DNA of 63,851 bases, filler included, from Deltaproteobacteria bacterium (GCA_013151235.1; 6 parts of 6 records of this genome joined end to end with filler, not necessarily neighbours in it); one strand, 5' to 3'. Shown: positions 1 through 11,278, numbered from the whole stretch's first letter. Notes: generated from the sequence alone by a model not told the origin. Translations and numbers: made by a program.

Positions 1-77
1 GCCGGGGTTAATAATTTCCAGCATAACCCACGTTGGCAAGGGGCAGGCACTTTTTTGCCAACTGTCAGCCATTATGT
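1..77 (+). mobile_element. terminal segment of a putative IS110/IS1111-family element (end A), cut by contig start
   Basis: Identical to the reverse complement of 51771-51847. Both copies join the same position (CTCACCACGAAC) of a REP-like repeat. Ends TTGCCA-ACTGTCAGCCAT-TATGT, like an outward -35 plus sub-terminal IR. No transposase visible. Confidence 0.55.
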
Positions 78-159
78 CTCACCACGAACGGAATATCAAT
101 CACTTACACCGTTCGCCCTGAGCTTGTCGAAGGGCTTCGTGACTTTTTACGACACCATC
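78..159. repeat. right half of modular REP/MITE repeat
   Basis: Ends GACTTTTTACGACACCATC, the same terminal IR as the full copies at 10588, 35670, 44807 and 47268. Confidence 0.85.
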
Positions 160-170
160 AAGGAGGAGCG

Positions 171-201
171 AAAAAAAAGGCGGCCACGAGATGTGGCCGC
201 C
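171..201 (-). terminator. intrinsic terminator of glnA
   Basis: GGCGGCCAC/GTGGCCGCC stem followed on the minus strand by T8. Confidence 0.75.
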
Positions 202-244
202 CGATGAGCGGATTCTACATTTATGAGGACCTCTTACAAAGTCA

Positions 245-1657
245 TTAAATATCGTAGTAAAGGAAGAACTCATAGGGATGAGGACGAAGCCGGACGGCGT
301 CGATCTCGTTCTCCCGCTTGTAGGAGAGCCAGGTATCAATGACATCCTGGGTGAAGACGTCTCCTTTCAAAAGATACTGATGATCTTCTTCCAGGGCGTT
401 CAAGGCCTCGTCAAGAGAACTCGGGACGGAGGGAACGCCGGCCAGTTCTTCCGGTGAGAGGTCATAGATATTCTTGTCGAGAGGATCGCCCGGATCGATT
501 TTGTTCTCGATTCCGTCCAGTCCCGCCATGAGCATGGCCGAAAAGGCGAGGTAGGGATTGCAGGTTGCGTCGGGGAACCGCAATTCCACCCGTTTGGTCT
601 TGGGGTTGGCCGAGTACATCGGAATTCTGAGCGCCGCACTCCGGTTCCGGGAAGAGTAAGCCAGATTGACCGGCGCCTCGTAGCCCGGCACGAGCCGCTT
701 GAAGGAGTTGGTGGTCGGGTTGGTGAAGGCGACCAGGCTGGCGGCATGTTTCAGAATCCCGCCCATGAAGTGGAGACCCAGGTCGCTCATGCCGCCGTAT
801 TTGTTTCCGGCGAAGAGCGGTTTGCCTTCCTTCCAGATCGAGACATGGGTATGCATCCCCGAGCCGTTGTCCCCGAAGACCGGCTTCGGCATGAAGGTCA
901 CGGTCTTGCCGTGCTGGAGAGCGACATTTTTGATGACATATTTATACCGGAGGAGCTGGTCGGCCATCTTGGACAGCGGCGAGAATTTCATGTCGATCTC
1001 CGCCTGGCCTGCCGTGGCCACTTCGTGGTGCTGGGCTTCGATGATGATCCCCATCTCCTCAAGCTTGAGGGTCATCTCGGAGCGGATGTCCTGCTGGCTG
1101 TCGGTCGGGGGCACGGGAAAGTATCCTTCCTTGTGGCGCGGTTTGTACCCTAAGTTCGGGTTCTCTTCCCGACCGGTGTTCCAGATCCCCTCTTTGGAGT
1201 CGACGAAGTAATAACCGCACTGGGCGTTCTGGTCGAAGCGGATATCGTCGAAGATAAAGAATTCCGCCTCGGGGCCGAAAAAGGCCGTATCGCCGATCCC
1301 CGTTGATTTCAGATAGGCCTCCGCCTTGTGGGCGATGTGCCGGGGGTCACGGGAGTAACGTTCCTTCGTGATCGGATCGACGATGTCGCAGATCATGATC
1401 AGGGTCGGATGCTGGGTAAAGGGATCCATCAGGGCCGTATCGGGGTCGGGGATGACCAGCATGTCCGAGGCGTTGATGGCCTGCCAGCCTCTGATGCTCG
1501 ATCCGTCGAAACCGAGGCCTTCCTCGAAGATCGATTCTTCCAGTTCATGGATCGGAACGGAGAAATGTTGCCAGAGTCCCGGAAAATCCATGAACCGAAG
1601 ATCGAGTATCTTGGCTCCATTTTCCTCGGCGAACTTCAAAACCTCTTTGGGTGTCAT
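245..1657 (-). CDS. glnA: glutamine synthetase type I
   Basis: [33 protein letters not shown] motifs; adenylylation-site NIYDL; 470 aa. Confidence 0.98.
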   Translation of the reverse strand: MTPKEVLKFAEENGAKILDLRFMDFPGLWQHFSVPIHELEESIFEEGLGFDGSSIRGWQAINASDMLVIPDPDTALMDPFTQHPTLIMICDIVDPITKERYSRDPRHIAHKAEAYLKSTGIGDTAFFGPEAEFFIFDDIRFDQNAQCGYYFVDSKEGIWNTGREENPNLGYKPRHKEGYFPVPPTDSQQDIRSEMTLKLEEMGIIIEAQHHEVATAGQAEIDMKFSPLSKMADQLLRYKYVIKNVALQHGKTVTFMPKPVFGDNGSGMHTHVSIWKEGKPLFAGNKYGGMSDLGLHFMGGILKHAASLVAFTNPTTNSFKRLVPGYEAPVNLAYSSRNRSAALRIPMYSANPKTKRVELRFPDATCNPYLAFSAMLMAGLDGIENKIDPGDPLDKNIYDLSPEELAGVPSVPSSLDEALNALEEDHQYLLKGDVFTQDVIDTWLSYKRENEIDAVRLRPHPYEFFLYYDI

Positions 1658-1701
1658 GGTGCGTCTCCTTCTACTGGTTATAATTTTGGATAAGGAAGGG
1701 A

Positions 1702-2052
<351 letters not shown>

Positions 2053-2127
2053 TCATGTTTGAGGATCCGAGGAAAGCCGAAGTTACCATAAAAAAGTTTT
2101 CCTTGTAAAGTTCCAAATAAACAAAAA

Positions 2128-2143
2128 TGCAAGGGATGTGCCA
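2128..2143 (-). promoter_or_regulatory. sigma54 (-24/-12) promoter of glnBA
   Basis: Minus strand TGGCAC-ATCCC-TTGCA is a perfect consensus about 90 nt upstream of glnB. Confidence 0.85.
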
Positions 2144-2306
2144 ATTTTATCCTTTCTTGTATTCTCCGCGCAACCGTTTGTTTCTCAAGATCTTTTGTTT
2201 TTTTTACGGCGGAATCCCGCCGCAGAGCAGGTTTTTCTGATATGTAATTAAGCATTCCGGTATCATTGGGTCGGTGAATTGCCCCTGAAAAAGGCATTGC
2301 AATTGA

Positions 2307-5300
2307 TTATCCCGGGGGAGTCAATGCTTTTCGTACCTTTTTTGAGAGGTCCCGAAAATCGAGCTTTTTCAATTTTGCACCCTTGCGGGTTCCCCGGTCT
2401 TTGTAGTTGAGGGACCCGAAAAAACGAAAATAGGCCGTGTAGAGGCTTTTGTTCTTCCCGGTCAGGACCCGACCGGCCAGCGGAACCTTGCGTACCAGCT
2501 TTGTGGCGATGGAGAAGGGTTCGGCGGCGATATAACAGTCGATGCCATGATTGAGGAAGTCGAAACTTCCCGTGGCCCGGATATCATATTTGATCCGGAT
2601 CGGGATGGCCGCCGTCAGACGGTCAAGGGTGAGACCCGAGACATCGAACTTATGGTATCCCCGGATGGAGAAGTTGCTGGAATGAAACTTCCCGTCGGAG
2701 AGAGTGAAATCGCCCCGCATCCCGTCATGTTCCACGATCAGGAATTTTTCGTTTTTCCTGCCGAGCATGATCTCCATCCGCTGAATGATGTCCCGGGTGA
2801 TCTGAAAGAGGACGTTCCGCTCTTTGGTTGCCTTGATCTTCAGATGGGCCGTGCCGGTCATCTCCCGTGCGGTCTTCTCCAGGTTCGGGTAAATCTTTCC
2901 GGTCACGCCGATCGAGCCGGAAATCTCGCCGGTATAGAAGGCCCGGTTATGAGGAAGGAGCTGGAGATACTTCTCAGCGCTGACCCCCTGGATGTTGACC
3001 TTGCCCCTGAATTCGGGTTCCTTTCCGTTCGTGAAGTCGATCATGCCTTTGCCCTTGACCGACCCGTCGAGGCCGCGGGCGGTAAAGACCGGAATCGAAA
3101 GGTGGCCTTCTTTCAAATGAAGTTTTGCCCGGAAGTCCTCCAGTTTGAGGAGACCGGCCCGAACATGGTTGAAGTGAATCGTGGCTCGGAAATCGAGTTT
3201 CCGGAAGGAGTCTTCAGGTTTCTTTGATTCCTCCGGGCGATTTTGCCCCAGGGTTTTGATCCGCTGCAGCAGGTTCACGGAGGGGACGTGGATATGGAAT
3301 TCCGGCCGGGGGGCCTTCCGATGAGGCAGGTTCATATCAAAGGTAATGGGGATACCGTCCCATCGGCAGTGAAATCCCTTTGCGGTCACCCGTTGCCCTG
3401 AGAACAGGAGGGTCCCCGACAATCCCCGGAGGGGATCAGGGGTATGCGGAAGTCGAAGCGTGACGTCCCGCAACATGATTTGTCCATTTAATTGTGAGGA
3501 CCCCGGTCGGCCGAATCGATAGCTCCCTTCCAGCTTTCCATGAAGAGAACCGTCCGTTGTCTGCGGCGCCAGAGCCGGGATCATCCCGGCGAGCGGTTTC
3601 AGAGAGAGAGACGGGACTTTTACGGCAAAGGTGAGGCGCGGGTCAGGCGGGTCCGTTATGGTCCCGGAAAAGACCAGCGTTTCGTTCCCGAGTGTAAGGC
3701 GTGCTGTTTTGAGAACCGATTCTTTTTCCCGTCCGTGGGATCCCGAAAAATCGAGCAGAAGAGGAGTCCCCTCTTTTTTCTGCAGCCGGTTCGGGATCAT
3801 GACGGCGGGGCGGGTCAGATCGAAGCGTCCCTGAAATTGCAGATCCTCCGGAGGTCCTTCGATCTTCAGCGTCAGGTCCGGGACCCCTTCCGTGAATGTA
3901 AAACGATCCTTCAGGAAGGGAAGAAACCGGATCAATTCTTCCGCCGTGGGCCTGGAATCAACTCTGAGGTTGAGGATCGGTCCCTTCTCGAAGAGACGGT
4001 CGATCTTTCCTGTGAGGGTGACGGGGAGGGTGTTGATCTCTGCTTTCAGTTGGAACGGTGTGATCCGGCCCGAAGCAAAGGTGATCGGTCCCTCCAGTCC
4101 CGACAGGAAGACGGGGGCTGCTGGAAGATTGAAACCGGCATGGATCAGGTTCACCGTGCCGGTCAACTTCAACGGCGGGGGGGAATGGTCCGTTCGTTGC
4201 AGACGGATGTTCAGGTTGGCATATCCTTCCATTTTCGGGATTTGTGCCGGAAAGAGTTTCCCCCGATTTTCCTCCGGCAGCCTCAACAGTAATTGCGCCG
4301 CCTCTTCCAGGTTCAGGCGTCCGTTGATCCGCAGATCGGTGTCCGAGGGGTTTGTAAAGGCGAGGGTTCCCGTCAGGTTCCGGAAGAGGGATCGTCCGTA
4401 GAGACCCCGGAGATGATCGAAACGGAGGCTTCCGCCGGCCCAGGTCAGGTTCCCGTTCACCTTTTCCAGGGGGAGCAGCCCCTCCCCAGGGAAGGCTCCG
4501 AAGTCGTGAAAAGCGATTTTAAGTCGAACCCGGGTGTTCTCCGGTTCAGGTTTTGCCGTTTTTTCTTTTGTGTTGCGGGTGATCTCCAAAAGAGGAATAT
4601 CCAGAGTCCCGGTTGTCTTCCCCGGTAGAAAAGAGCGGGTGAACTCTTTCGGTAATATTTTATCCGGGGCATACTGCTTCAGCCGTGCCGGGGGGAGACC
4701 GGCTGCGTGAAGAAAAAGGCTGAAACCGGGGAAGTCGGCTGCTTCCGTCCGGTAGGTGCCGTGTCCCCAGAAGGTCAGACCGTCCACCGTCATTTCCAGA
4801 CTTCTCGCTGCAATCAGCCCGCGGTCCCTCTGGAGCATGAAGGATAGCGATGCCTTTTCGCCGGTGACCGGATGCGAAGCATAGGCGGGGAGGTGGAGCC
4901 GGAACCTTTTCAGGGAAATGTCTCCCGACAGAGTTAGCACCCCTTCCCTATTCCGGGCAAGATGACCTTTCAGGTTCACGGTTCCGGAAAGGAGATCGAG
5001 TTGCAGTTTTTCCTTCAGGTAGGGACGGATCATCGCCGGCGGAATTCCCCGGGCGGAGAACGCAACAGCAAGGACCGGCCGGTGCAGGTCGATTTTTCCG
5101 GATGTGCGGTCCACCTGCCCTTCTGCGGAAAAGGGGCGACTCTCAAAACGTCCGTGGGGGAACTCCCCCCGGATCTTGAAGAAAATGGGGGTGTTGCCGG
5201 AAAGTCCCCGCAGGGAAATATCCATATCCCGGAGCTTGACCGGAGATGGAGATCCCGGATGGAGACGATCCGGAATTTCCAGGGAGGCCTTTTCCAGGAT

Positions 5301-5771
5301 CAGGGAGTCGATCGGGAGGTGTGACGGCAGAGAGAGTCTGGGAGAGGCATTCCGACGGAAAGCGGAAAAAGGGGATCCCGGGAAATGCCGGCTGCCGTTT
5401 TTGCCGCGTTCCAGCCGGAAACGGGGATGCTTCAGGAGCAGTTTGCCGGGGACCACCTTCCCGCGGAGAAGCGGCAGAAGTTTCAGGCGGGCCTCCAGAC
5501 TGTCGGACCGGAGCCATTCCATGTTGGTCTTGCGGTCCAGGAGATGGAGGCCGATGAGCCGAATGGAAGGGGCCGGCAGAAGGCCGAATCGAACCTCCTC
5601 GATAATCGTTTTAGCCTGGAGTTCCTTCCCCAGTTCCCGCTCCACCCGGGTGCGGATCATGTTCGCGGGCAGAATGAACCGAAGGCCCCACGGCAACCCG
5701 AAGAAAAGCAGAATGAGCCCCGTGATAAGAAGGAGGAAAAATTTTTTTTCCCTGAAGATCGTCAGAGCCAT
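2307..5771 (-). CDS. AsmA-like/YhdP-type envelope protein
   Basis: About 1150 aa, N-terminal TM helix, AsmA-like LKLLPLLRGKV segment, beta-rich repeats; start at MALTIF inferred. Confidence 0.75.
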   Translation of the reverse strand: MALTIFREKKFFLLLITGLILLFFGLPWGLRFILPANMIRTRVERELGKELQAKTIIEEVRFGLLPAPSIRLIGLHLLDRKTNMEWLRSDSLEARLKLLPLLRGKVVPGKLLLKHPRFRLERGKNGSRHFPGSPFSAFRRNASPRLSLPSHLPIDSLILEKASLEIPDRLHPGSPSPVKLRDMDISLRGLSGNTPIFFKIRGEFPHGRFESRPFSAEGQVDRTSGKIDLHRPVLAVAFSARGIPPAMIRPYLKEKLQLDLLSGTVNLKGHLARNREGVLTLSGDISLKRFRLHLPAYASHPVTGEKASLSFMLQRDRGLIAARSLEMTVDGLTFWGHGTYRTEAADFPGFSLFLHAAGLPPARLKQYAPDKILPKEFTRSFLPGKTTGTLDIPLLEITRNTKEKTAKPEPENTRVRLKIAFHDFGAFPGEGLLPLEKVNGNLTWAGGSLRFDHLRGLYGRSLFRNLTGTLAFTNPSDTDLRINGRLNLEEAAQLLLRLPEENRGKLFPAQIPKMEGYANLNIRLQRTDHSPPPLKLTGTVNLIHAGFNLPAAPVFLSGLEGPITFASGRITPFQLKAEINTLPVTLTGKIDRLFEKGPILNLRVDSRPTAEELIRFLPFLKDRFTFTEGVPDLTLKIEGPPEDLQFQGRFDLTRPAVMIPNRLQKKEGTPLLLDFSGSHGREKESVLKTARLTLGNETLVFSGTITDPPDPRLTFAVKVPSLSLKPLAGMIPALAPQTTDGSLHGKLEGSYRFGRPGSSQLNGQIMLRDVTLRLPHTPDPLRGLSGTLLFSGQRVTAKGFHCRWDGIPITFDMNLPHRKAPRPEFHIHVPSVNLLQRIKTLGQNRPEESKKPEDSFRKLDFRATIHFNHVRAGLLKLEDFRAKLHLKEGHLSIPVFTARGLDGSVKGKGMIDFTNGKEPEFRGKVNIQGVSAEKYLQLLPHNRAFYTGEISGSIGVTGKIYPNLEKTAREMTGTAHLKIKATKERNVLFQITRDIIQRMEIMLGRKNEKFLIVEHDGMRGDFTLSDGKFHSSNFSIRGYHKFDVSGLTLDRLTAAIPIRIKYDIRATGSFDFLNHGIDCYIAAEPFSIATKLVRKVPLAGRVLTGKNKSLYTAYFRFFGSLNYKDRGTRKGAKLKKLDFRDLSKKVRKALTPPG

Positions 5772-6037
5772 GGTTGTACGATGAGTACCTTCCGGTTTGC
5801 GGATCCTTGCGGGAGCGTCATGGGAGGGAGGGCCTCCGCAGTTTTTCAGCTCTCCGTACTCTAAACAAACGTCGTTGTCTTTGTCAATGTTTTCCCGGGA
5901 TGAATTTGTCCTGTCTTTCAACCAGCGCCGACCTCAATGATTCCCCGGATTTCCCCTGTACGGGGAGAGAAACCGATTTTCCCTTTTTCATCGGGGGAGG
6001 CCTGTGCTATATTGATCTACGCCAACGGGAGAAAGGA

Positions 6038-7192
6038 TTGAAAACGATCTATCTCGATCACAACGCAACGACCCCCATTGCTCCGGAGGTGATCGAGGCG
6101 ATGGGGAACAGAGCGAAAAAATTCTGGGCCAATCCGTCGAGTGGTCATCTTGCCGGTCGTGCGGCCGCAGAGGAGCTGGCCCGGAACCGGGAGGCGATTG
6201 CCCGTTTCATCGGGGCCGTCCCCCCGGAGATTGTCTTTACCGCCGGCGGTTCCGAGGCGGACAATCTCGCTCTTCTCGGCGCTGCGCGGGCGAACCGGCA
6301 AAAGGGGCGGCACATTCTTGTCTCGGCCGTGGAACACCATGCCGTCCTGAAGAGCTGTGAGGTCCTGGAGGGGGAGGGATTTGAAATCGGAGTCCTCCCG
6401 GTTGACGGCAAAGGGAGGGTCGGACCGGAGACAGTCAAATCCGCCCTCCGGGACGACACGATTCTCGTTTCCGTCATGCATGCCAACAACGAGGTCGGGA
6501 CGATCCAGCCGATTGCCGAAATCGGGAAGATCCTTCGGGATCGGAGGATCCTCTTTCACAGCGATGCCGCCCAGAGTGTGGGGAAGATCCCCGTGGATGT
6601 GGACGCAATGCACGTCGATCTCCTGACCTGTGCCGCCCACAAGATCTACGGTCCCAAGGGGACGGGCTTTCTCTATGTTCGCCGGGGGATCTCCCTGACA
6701 CCGCTTCTCCATGGCGGCGGGCAGGAAGGAGGACGGCGGGCGGGGACGGAGGATCTTCCTTCCATCGCCGGGCTGGCCTGCGCTTTGCAGCTCGCCTCCG
6801 CAAGGATGGTGCAGGAGCGGGAACAACTGACCCGGATGCGGGAGTGCTTTTTTGAAATGTTGTCAGGGGCCGTGAGGGGAGTGACCCGGAACAGCCCGAA
6901 GGAGGGGAGCCTCCCCGGTACCCTGAGCGTTGCCGTTGAGGGGGTCGCCGGCGCGCAGCTTCCGGACCGTCTGAGCCGGGAAGGGATCTGTCTTTCCGCC
7001 TCGGCCGCCTGTACATCGGAAAGTGTCGTCGCCTCCCATGTCCTGACCGCCATGGGGATTTCACCCGAGAGGGCGGCGTCGACCCTCCGGATTTCCTTCG
7101 GACGCTCCAACCGGGAAGAAGAAATTCCGCGGGTGGTCAAGGCGATCAAATCGGCGGTTCATCAACTCAGATTGCGAAAGGAACAATCATGA
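6038..7192 (+). CDS. cysteine desulfurase (IscS/NifS family)
   Basis: [17 protein letters not shown] lysine in [10 protein letters not shown], catalytic Cys in SAACTS; TTG start inferred. Confidence 0.9.
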   Translation: MKTIYLDHNATTPIAPEVIEAMGNRAKKFWANPSSGHLAGRAAAEELARNREAIARFIGAVPPEIVFTAGGSEADNLALLGAARANRQKGRHILVSAVEHHAVLKSCEVLEGEGFEIGVLPVDGKGRVGPETVKSALRDDTILVSVMHANNEVGTIQPIAEIGKILRDRRILFHSDAAQSVGKIPVDVDAMHVDLLTCAAHKIYGPKGTGFLYVRRGISLTPLLHGGGQEGGRRAGTEDLPSIAGLACALQLASARMVQEREQLTRMRECFFEMLSGAVRGVTRNSPKEGSLPGTLSVAVEGVAGAQLPDRLSREGICLSASAACTSESVVASHVLTAMGISPERAASTLRISFGRSNREEEIPRVVKAIKSAVHQLRLRKEQS

Positions 7193-7923
7193 TCATAATC
7201 CCGGCCATCGACCTGAAAGAAGGGCGCTGCGTGCGTCTCATTCAGGGTGATATGAATCAGGAAACGGTCTATTCCGACAACCCGCCGGAGATGGCGAAGC
7301 ACTGGGAATCCCTCGGGGCTGAGCTGCTTCACGTCGTTGATCTCGACGGCGCCGTGGAAGGACGTCCGGAAAATCTCCCGGTCGTACAACAAATCGTCAG
7401 GGAACTATCGATCCCCGTTGAGGTGGGGGGCGGGATCCGGACGATGGAGACGATCGGGGCTTATCTTGACGCCGGGGCGGCACGGGTGGTCATCGGGACG
7501 AAGGCCGCCGAGGATCCGGCGTTCCTGGCAGAGGCCTGCCGGAAATATCCGGGCAGGATCGTCGCCGGGATCGATGCCAAAAAAGGGTACGTTGCGGTTC
7601 GGGGCTGGACGGACACGACAAAGCAGCGGGCCGTCGACCTGGCCCGGACGATGGAGGGGGCCGGCGTGACCGCCGTCATCTTTACCGATATCCAGCGGGA
7701 CGGCATGGAGACGGGGCCGAATATCGCATCGACGAAGGAACTGGCCGAAGCGGTCGGTATCCCCGTCATTGCCTCCGGCGGGATCTCGGGCATTCCGGAT
7801 ATTGAGAACCTCCTCAAGATAGAATCGGCCGGTGTAACAGGCGCCATTACGGGCCGGGCGATCTATACGGGGGCCCTCGATCTTGCCGAGGCGATCGCTC
7901 TTACCCGGAAAGGGAGGGAATAG
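7189..7923 (+). CDS. hisA: ProFAR isomerase
   Basis: [37 protein letters not shown]. Confidence 0.97.
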   Translation: MIIIPAIDLKEGRCVRLIQGDMNQETVYSDNPPEMAKHWESLGAELLHVVDLDGAVEGRPENLPVVQQIVRELSIPVEVGGGIRTMETIGAYLDAGAARVVIGTKAAEDPAFLAEACRKYPGRIVAGIDAKKGYVAVRGWTDTTKQRAVDLARTMEGAGVTAVIFTDIQRDGMETGPNIASTKELAEAVGIPVIASGGISGIPDIENLLKIESAGVTGAITGRAIYTGALDLAEAIALTRKGRE

Positions 7924-8688
7924 ATGCTGGCCAAACGGATCATTCCCTGCCTCGATGTGCGGGAGGGGCGGGTTGTCAAAGGGGTGCAGTTCGTCGGGAT
8001 ACGGGATGCCGGAGACCCCGTGGAGGTGGCCCGCCTCTATGACGCGCAGGGGGCGGACGAACTGACCTTCCTCGATATTACGGCCTCCCATGAAAAACGG
8101 GGAATCATGATCGATGTGGTCCGGCGCACCGCCGAAGAGGTCTTCATGCCTCTGACGGTCGGGGGCGGAATCTCCTCCATCGAGCATATCCGGGAACTCC
8201 TCAATGCCGGAGCGGACAAGGTTTCAATCAACACGGCCGCCGTGCGAAATCCCGATTTCATCCGGGAGGCGGCCGAACGGTTCGGCAGTCAGTGCATCGT
8301 GGTGGCCATCGATGCCAAGCGGGTCTCCGACGAGCCGGTAAAATGGGAGATCTTCACTCATGGAGGGAGAAGGCCGACCGGTATCGACGCCCTCGACTGG
8401 GCGGAGAAGATGGTCGAACTCGGTTCCGGTGAACTGCTCGTGACCAGCATGGACCGGGACGGGACGAAGGTCGGTTACGACAATGAACTGAACCGGGCGA
8501 TCTCGGAGCGGACCCGCGTTCCCATCATCGCCTCGGGCGGTGTGGGGGAACTCAGGCATCTCTATGACGGCATTATCGAAGGGAAGGCCGACGCCGTCCT
8601 GGCCGCCTCGATCTTTCATTACCGGGAGTTCACCGTGGGTCAGGTCAAGGAGTACCTGAAGTCCCTGGGAGTCACGGTCCGACTGTAA
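7924..8688 (+). CDS. hisF: imidazole glycerol phosphate synthase cyclase subunit
   Basis: [30 protein letters not shown]. Confidence 0.98.
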   Translation: MLAKRIIPCLDVREGRVVKGVQFVGIRDAGDPVEVARLYDAQGADELTFLDITASHEKRGIMIDVVRRTAEEVFMPLTVGGGISSIEHIRELLNAGADKVSINTAAVRNPDFIREAAERFGSQCIVVAIDAKRVSDEPVKWEIFTHGGRRPTGIDALDWAEKMVELGSGELLVTSMDRDGTKVGYDNELNRAISERTRVPIIASGGVGELRHLYDGIIEGKADAVLAASIFHYREFTVGQVKEYLKSLGVTVRL

Positions 8689-8714
8689 AACGAAGTTATC
8701 GCAGGAAACACATC

Positions 8715-9032
8715 ATGTCCGACGCCGAAATTCTCCGGCGGATCTACGAGGTCCTGCTGGAAAGAAAAAAGAGCCTCCCCGATGCGTCCTATACGGCGTC
8801 TCTCTTCCGGCAAGGGGAGGATGCGATTCTCCGGAAGGTGGGCGAGGAGACCCTGGAGGTTCTGCTGGCCTCCAAAGCCGGTGTGGAATCCGAGATCGTT
8901 CACGAAACGGCCGACCTCTATTTTCATCTTCTGGTTCTTCTGGCCCATCACGGGATCCCGCTTGCTCGAATCTATGCGGAGCTTACGGACCGCTTCGGGA
9001 AACGGAGGGACCGGGATCAGCGGGAGAAATGA
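8715..9032 (+). CDS. hisE: phosphoribosyl-ATP pyrophosphatase
   Basis: SYTASLF, KVGEE, ETADL.FH motifs; follows hisF. Confidence 0.93.
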   Translation: MSDAEILRRIYEVLLERKKSLPDASYTASLFRQGEDAILRKVGEETLEVLLASKAGVESEIVHETADLYFHLLVLLAHHGIPLARIYAELTDRFGKRRDRDQREK

Positions 9033-9091
9033 TGGTGTTCTTTTTCCAACGTCGTTCATGTTCATCCTCTTGTAAAAATGAAAGGAGACCT

Positions 9092-9181
9092 ATGCGTTGG
9101 TTCATGTTTTTTCTCGTGCTTGCTCTCTTCATCAGTGCCTGCTGTCTCAAACCGAACATCCCCTGCATCCCAATCCTGTAA
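9092..9181 (+). CDS. putative 29-aa small lipoprotein
   Basis: AAGGAGA RBS; MRWFMFFLVLALFISAC|CLKPNIPCIPIL has a signal peptide with lipobox ISAC; below the ORF-track cutoff. Confidence 0.55.
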   Translation: MRWFMFFLVLALFISACCLKPNIPCIPIL

Positions 9182-9595
9182 GGAAGCGAGGCCGCCCATG
9201 TTGTCGGTTTTCTCGATTCGCCCTCAGGGATTCTATTCGTAAATCCGGTGATATTTGAGTGCCGAAGGGCGGCCTCCTCCCGGTGCGTCACAGGATTTGC
9301 GAACGGGACCGGTTCCTCTCTCCAATACATTTCTGCAAAAAAAAAGACGGTACAACACTTGCAAAATAAAATCTCTGTGATATAAATGGTGATGTTTTTG
9401 TTCTGGAATATTCCGTAGTTAGAATATTCTTGATGGGTTTTTTCTTTCCAGCAGTTTGTTTTTCCCTCCGGAAGCAGGAAGCGGTCGGGGGTGATCGCAA
9501 CCGATCTTACTTTGAAACCTGACATTCACCGAGAAGATGAAATGTAGAGCTATGCGTACCCGTTGAGTTGAACTGTCGTGGCAGAGGAGGGCCGG

Positions 9596-10510
9596 ATGGA
9601 AAACACAATACTCTTTGTTGATGATGAGGCTGTTATCTTACGGGCGTTACAGATGGTCTTTACCCGGGAGGGGTACCACACCCTGACGGCCACCAGCGGA
9701 GAGGAGGCACTGAGGATTCTCGAAGACGAGGAAGTAGATGTCGTCATCTCCGATGAAAAGATGCCGGGACTCTCGGGGATTGAACTTCTTTCCCGGGTGA
9801 AAGAGAAATACCCCGACAAGATCCGGATCATTCTAACGGCTTTCGCGGAGATCAATACCGTTCTCTCCGCCATCAACCAGGTTGAAGCCCACCGCCTGAT
9901 TATCAAGCCCTACCGGAACGATGAACTGGTGACCACCGTACGGGAACTCCTGGCCCGGCTGAAGCAGAAGCGGGCAAACGAACAGTCCCTTGCCGCGGCA
10001 AACCGGGAGTCGGAATTTGCCTACCGTGCCACGCGGATCATCTGTTGCATGGATCTTTCTCTCCGGGACAAGTACCGTCGGATCCTGAAACTCATGGAGG
10101 ACTATATCCAGGCCCGGACCCTTTCCCTTATGATCCTTCACCCGGAAAAAGAGGAACTTGTCGTTCAGGCCGCGAGCAACGAACGATTGTTGGGTCTGCG
10201 GAAATCGCTGTCGGAGAACAGCATTGCCTCCTATGTGGTCCGGGAGAAGAAGCTCTTCCACAAGCCGGAAGGCGAGCGCTATCCCCATGGATTTTCCCAT
10301 CACGACAATACCGTCTCCCGCTATCAGTCGGACAACTTTCTCTCCGTCCCGGTGATGGACGACCAGCGGATCGTCGGGGTCTTCAACATCACCGACCCGG
10401 TTTCCGGAAAGATCACCTCCGGTACGGAAGAGACCGTCTCCCACCTGATGCGATGGGTCGGTGTCATGGTACACCCCTCCTTGGCGAACCTTCCCCAATC
10501 CGATGGCTGA
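9596..10510 (+). CDS. response regulator, REC plus GAF-like domain
   Basis: ILFVDDE, VVISDEKMP, KPY; C-terminal SIASYV..FLSVPV..GVFN GAF-like region; GAGGAGG RBS. Confidence 0.85.
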   Translation: MENTILFVDDEAVILRALQMVFTREGYHTLTATSGEEALRILEDEEVDVVISDEKMPGLSGIELLSRVKEKYPDKIRIILTAFAEINTVLSAINQVEAHRLIIKPYRNDELVTTVRELLARLKQKRANEQSLAAANRESEFAYRATRIICCMDLSLRDKYRRILKLMEDYIQARTLSLMILHPEKEELVVQAASNERLLGLRKSLSENSIASYVVREKKLFHKPEGERYPHGFSHHDNTVSRYQSDNFLSVPVMDDQRIVGVFNITDPVSGKITSGTEETVSHLMRWVGVMVHPSLANLPQSDG

Positions 10511-10587
10511 ACCGCGTGCAGCCGGCGGAAGAACCGATCCCCTCCGGATTGTACTTGTGTCGGCCGGGTATGACGGACGCAAACCTT

Positions 10588-10761
10588 GATGGTCTCGTAA
10601 AAAGTCGTTTTTCGGATTCCGTTCATGGTTCGACAGGCTACCGAGCATGGTGAGCCGGTCGAACCACACGAACGGAATATCAATGACCGTTCGCCCTGAG
10701 CACGCCTGTCCTGAGCTGGTCGAAGGGTCGAAGGGTCGAACGGACTTTTTACGACTTCATC
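10588..10761. mobile_element. modular REP-containing MITE, full copy
   Basis: TIR GATGGTCTCGTAAAAAGTC ... GACTTTTTACGACTTCATC, flanked by direct repeat AACCTT; lies between convergent genes. Confidence 0.85.
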
Positions 10762-10798
10762 AACCTTCAGTCTTCGGTTTTCAGTAAGTCCGGGGGAT

Positions 10799-11278
10799 TT
10801 ATAGGTCGAGGATTCGCCCTTCACGGTTTTCGGTATCATAAAGGGCTGCGGTGGAACGGCCGTAGAGCCATCCCCCGGTTTCTCCGGGATTGATGACAAG
10901 GGTCCCGCCGTGCCGCTCCAGCAGGGCTTCGTGCGTATGGCCGAAGACGACCAGGTGGTAAAGGCCGCTCTTTACGATTGCCTCCAGACCGTAAGGTTCA
11001 TGAAGGATCATGATCCGATGCTCGGGGAGGGTCAGTTCAAACGGGGCGGGATGGACACGCCCTTCGGCCGTTTTCGACAGCAGGACCCGGTCGCCGTCGT
11101 TGTTCCCGAAAACGCCGACAAATTCCGGGGCACTCTTCAGAAGTCTTCGGAGTACGAAGGGAGCGATATAGTCCCCGGCGTGCAGGAGGAGTTCGATCCC
11201 TTCCTTCCGGAGGCAGGTCAGTGCATATTCCAGATGGTCCACATGATCGTGACTGTCGGCGATGATTCCGATCTTCAT
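10799..11278 (-). CDS. YfcE/MJ0936-family metallophosphoesterase
   Basis: ADSHD, HAGD, GNND, HEP, GHTH, NPG motifs; start at MKIGII. Confidence 0.9.
   Translation of the reverse strand: MKIGIIADSHDHVDHLEYALTCLRKEGIELLLHAGDYIAPFVLRRLLKSAPEFVGVFGNNDGDRVLLSKTAEGRVHPAPFELTLPEHRIMILHEPYGLEAIVKSGLYHLVVFGHTHEALLERHGGTLVINPGETGGWLYGRSTAALYDTENREGRILDL

Noticed and set aside
33-248. Paralogous small ORFs MARGRHFF.. (33-248, 51597-51815) and ORFs at 44876-45248
   Set aside because: They are translations of repeat/IS-end DNA, with no RBS or protein motif
2280-2297. NtrC-like enhancer TGCCCCTGAAAAAGGCA upstream of glnB
   Set aside because: The position is plausible, but the match is too degenerate to call by eye
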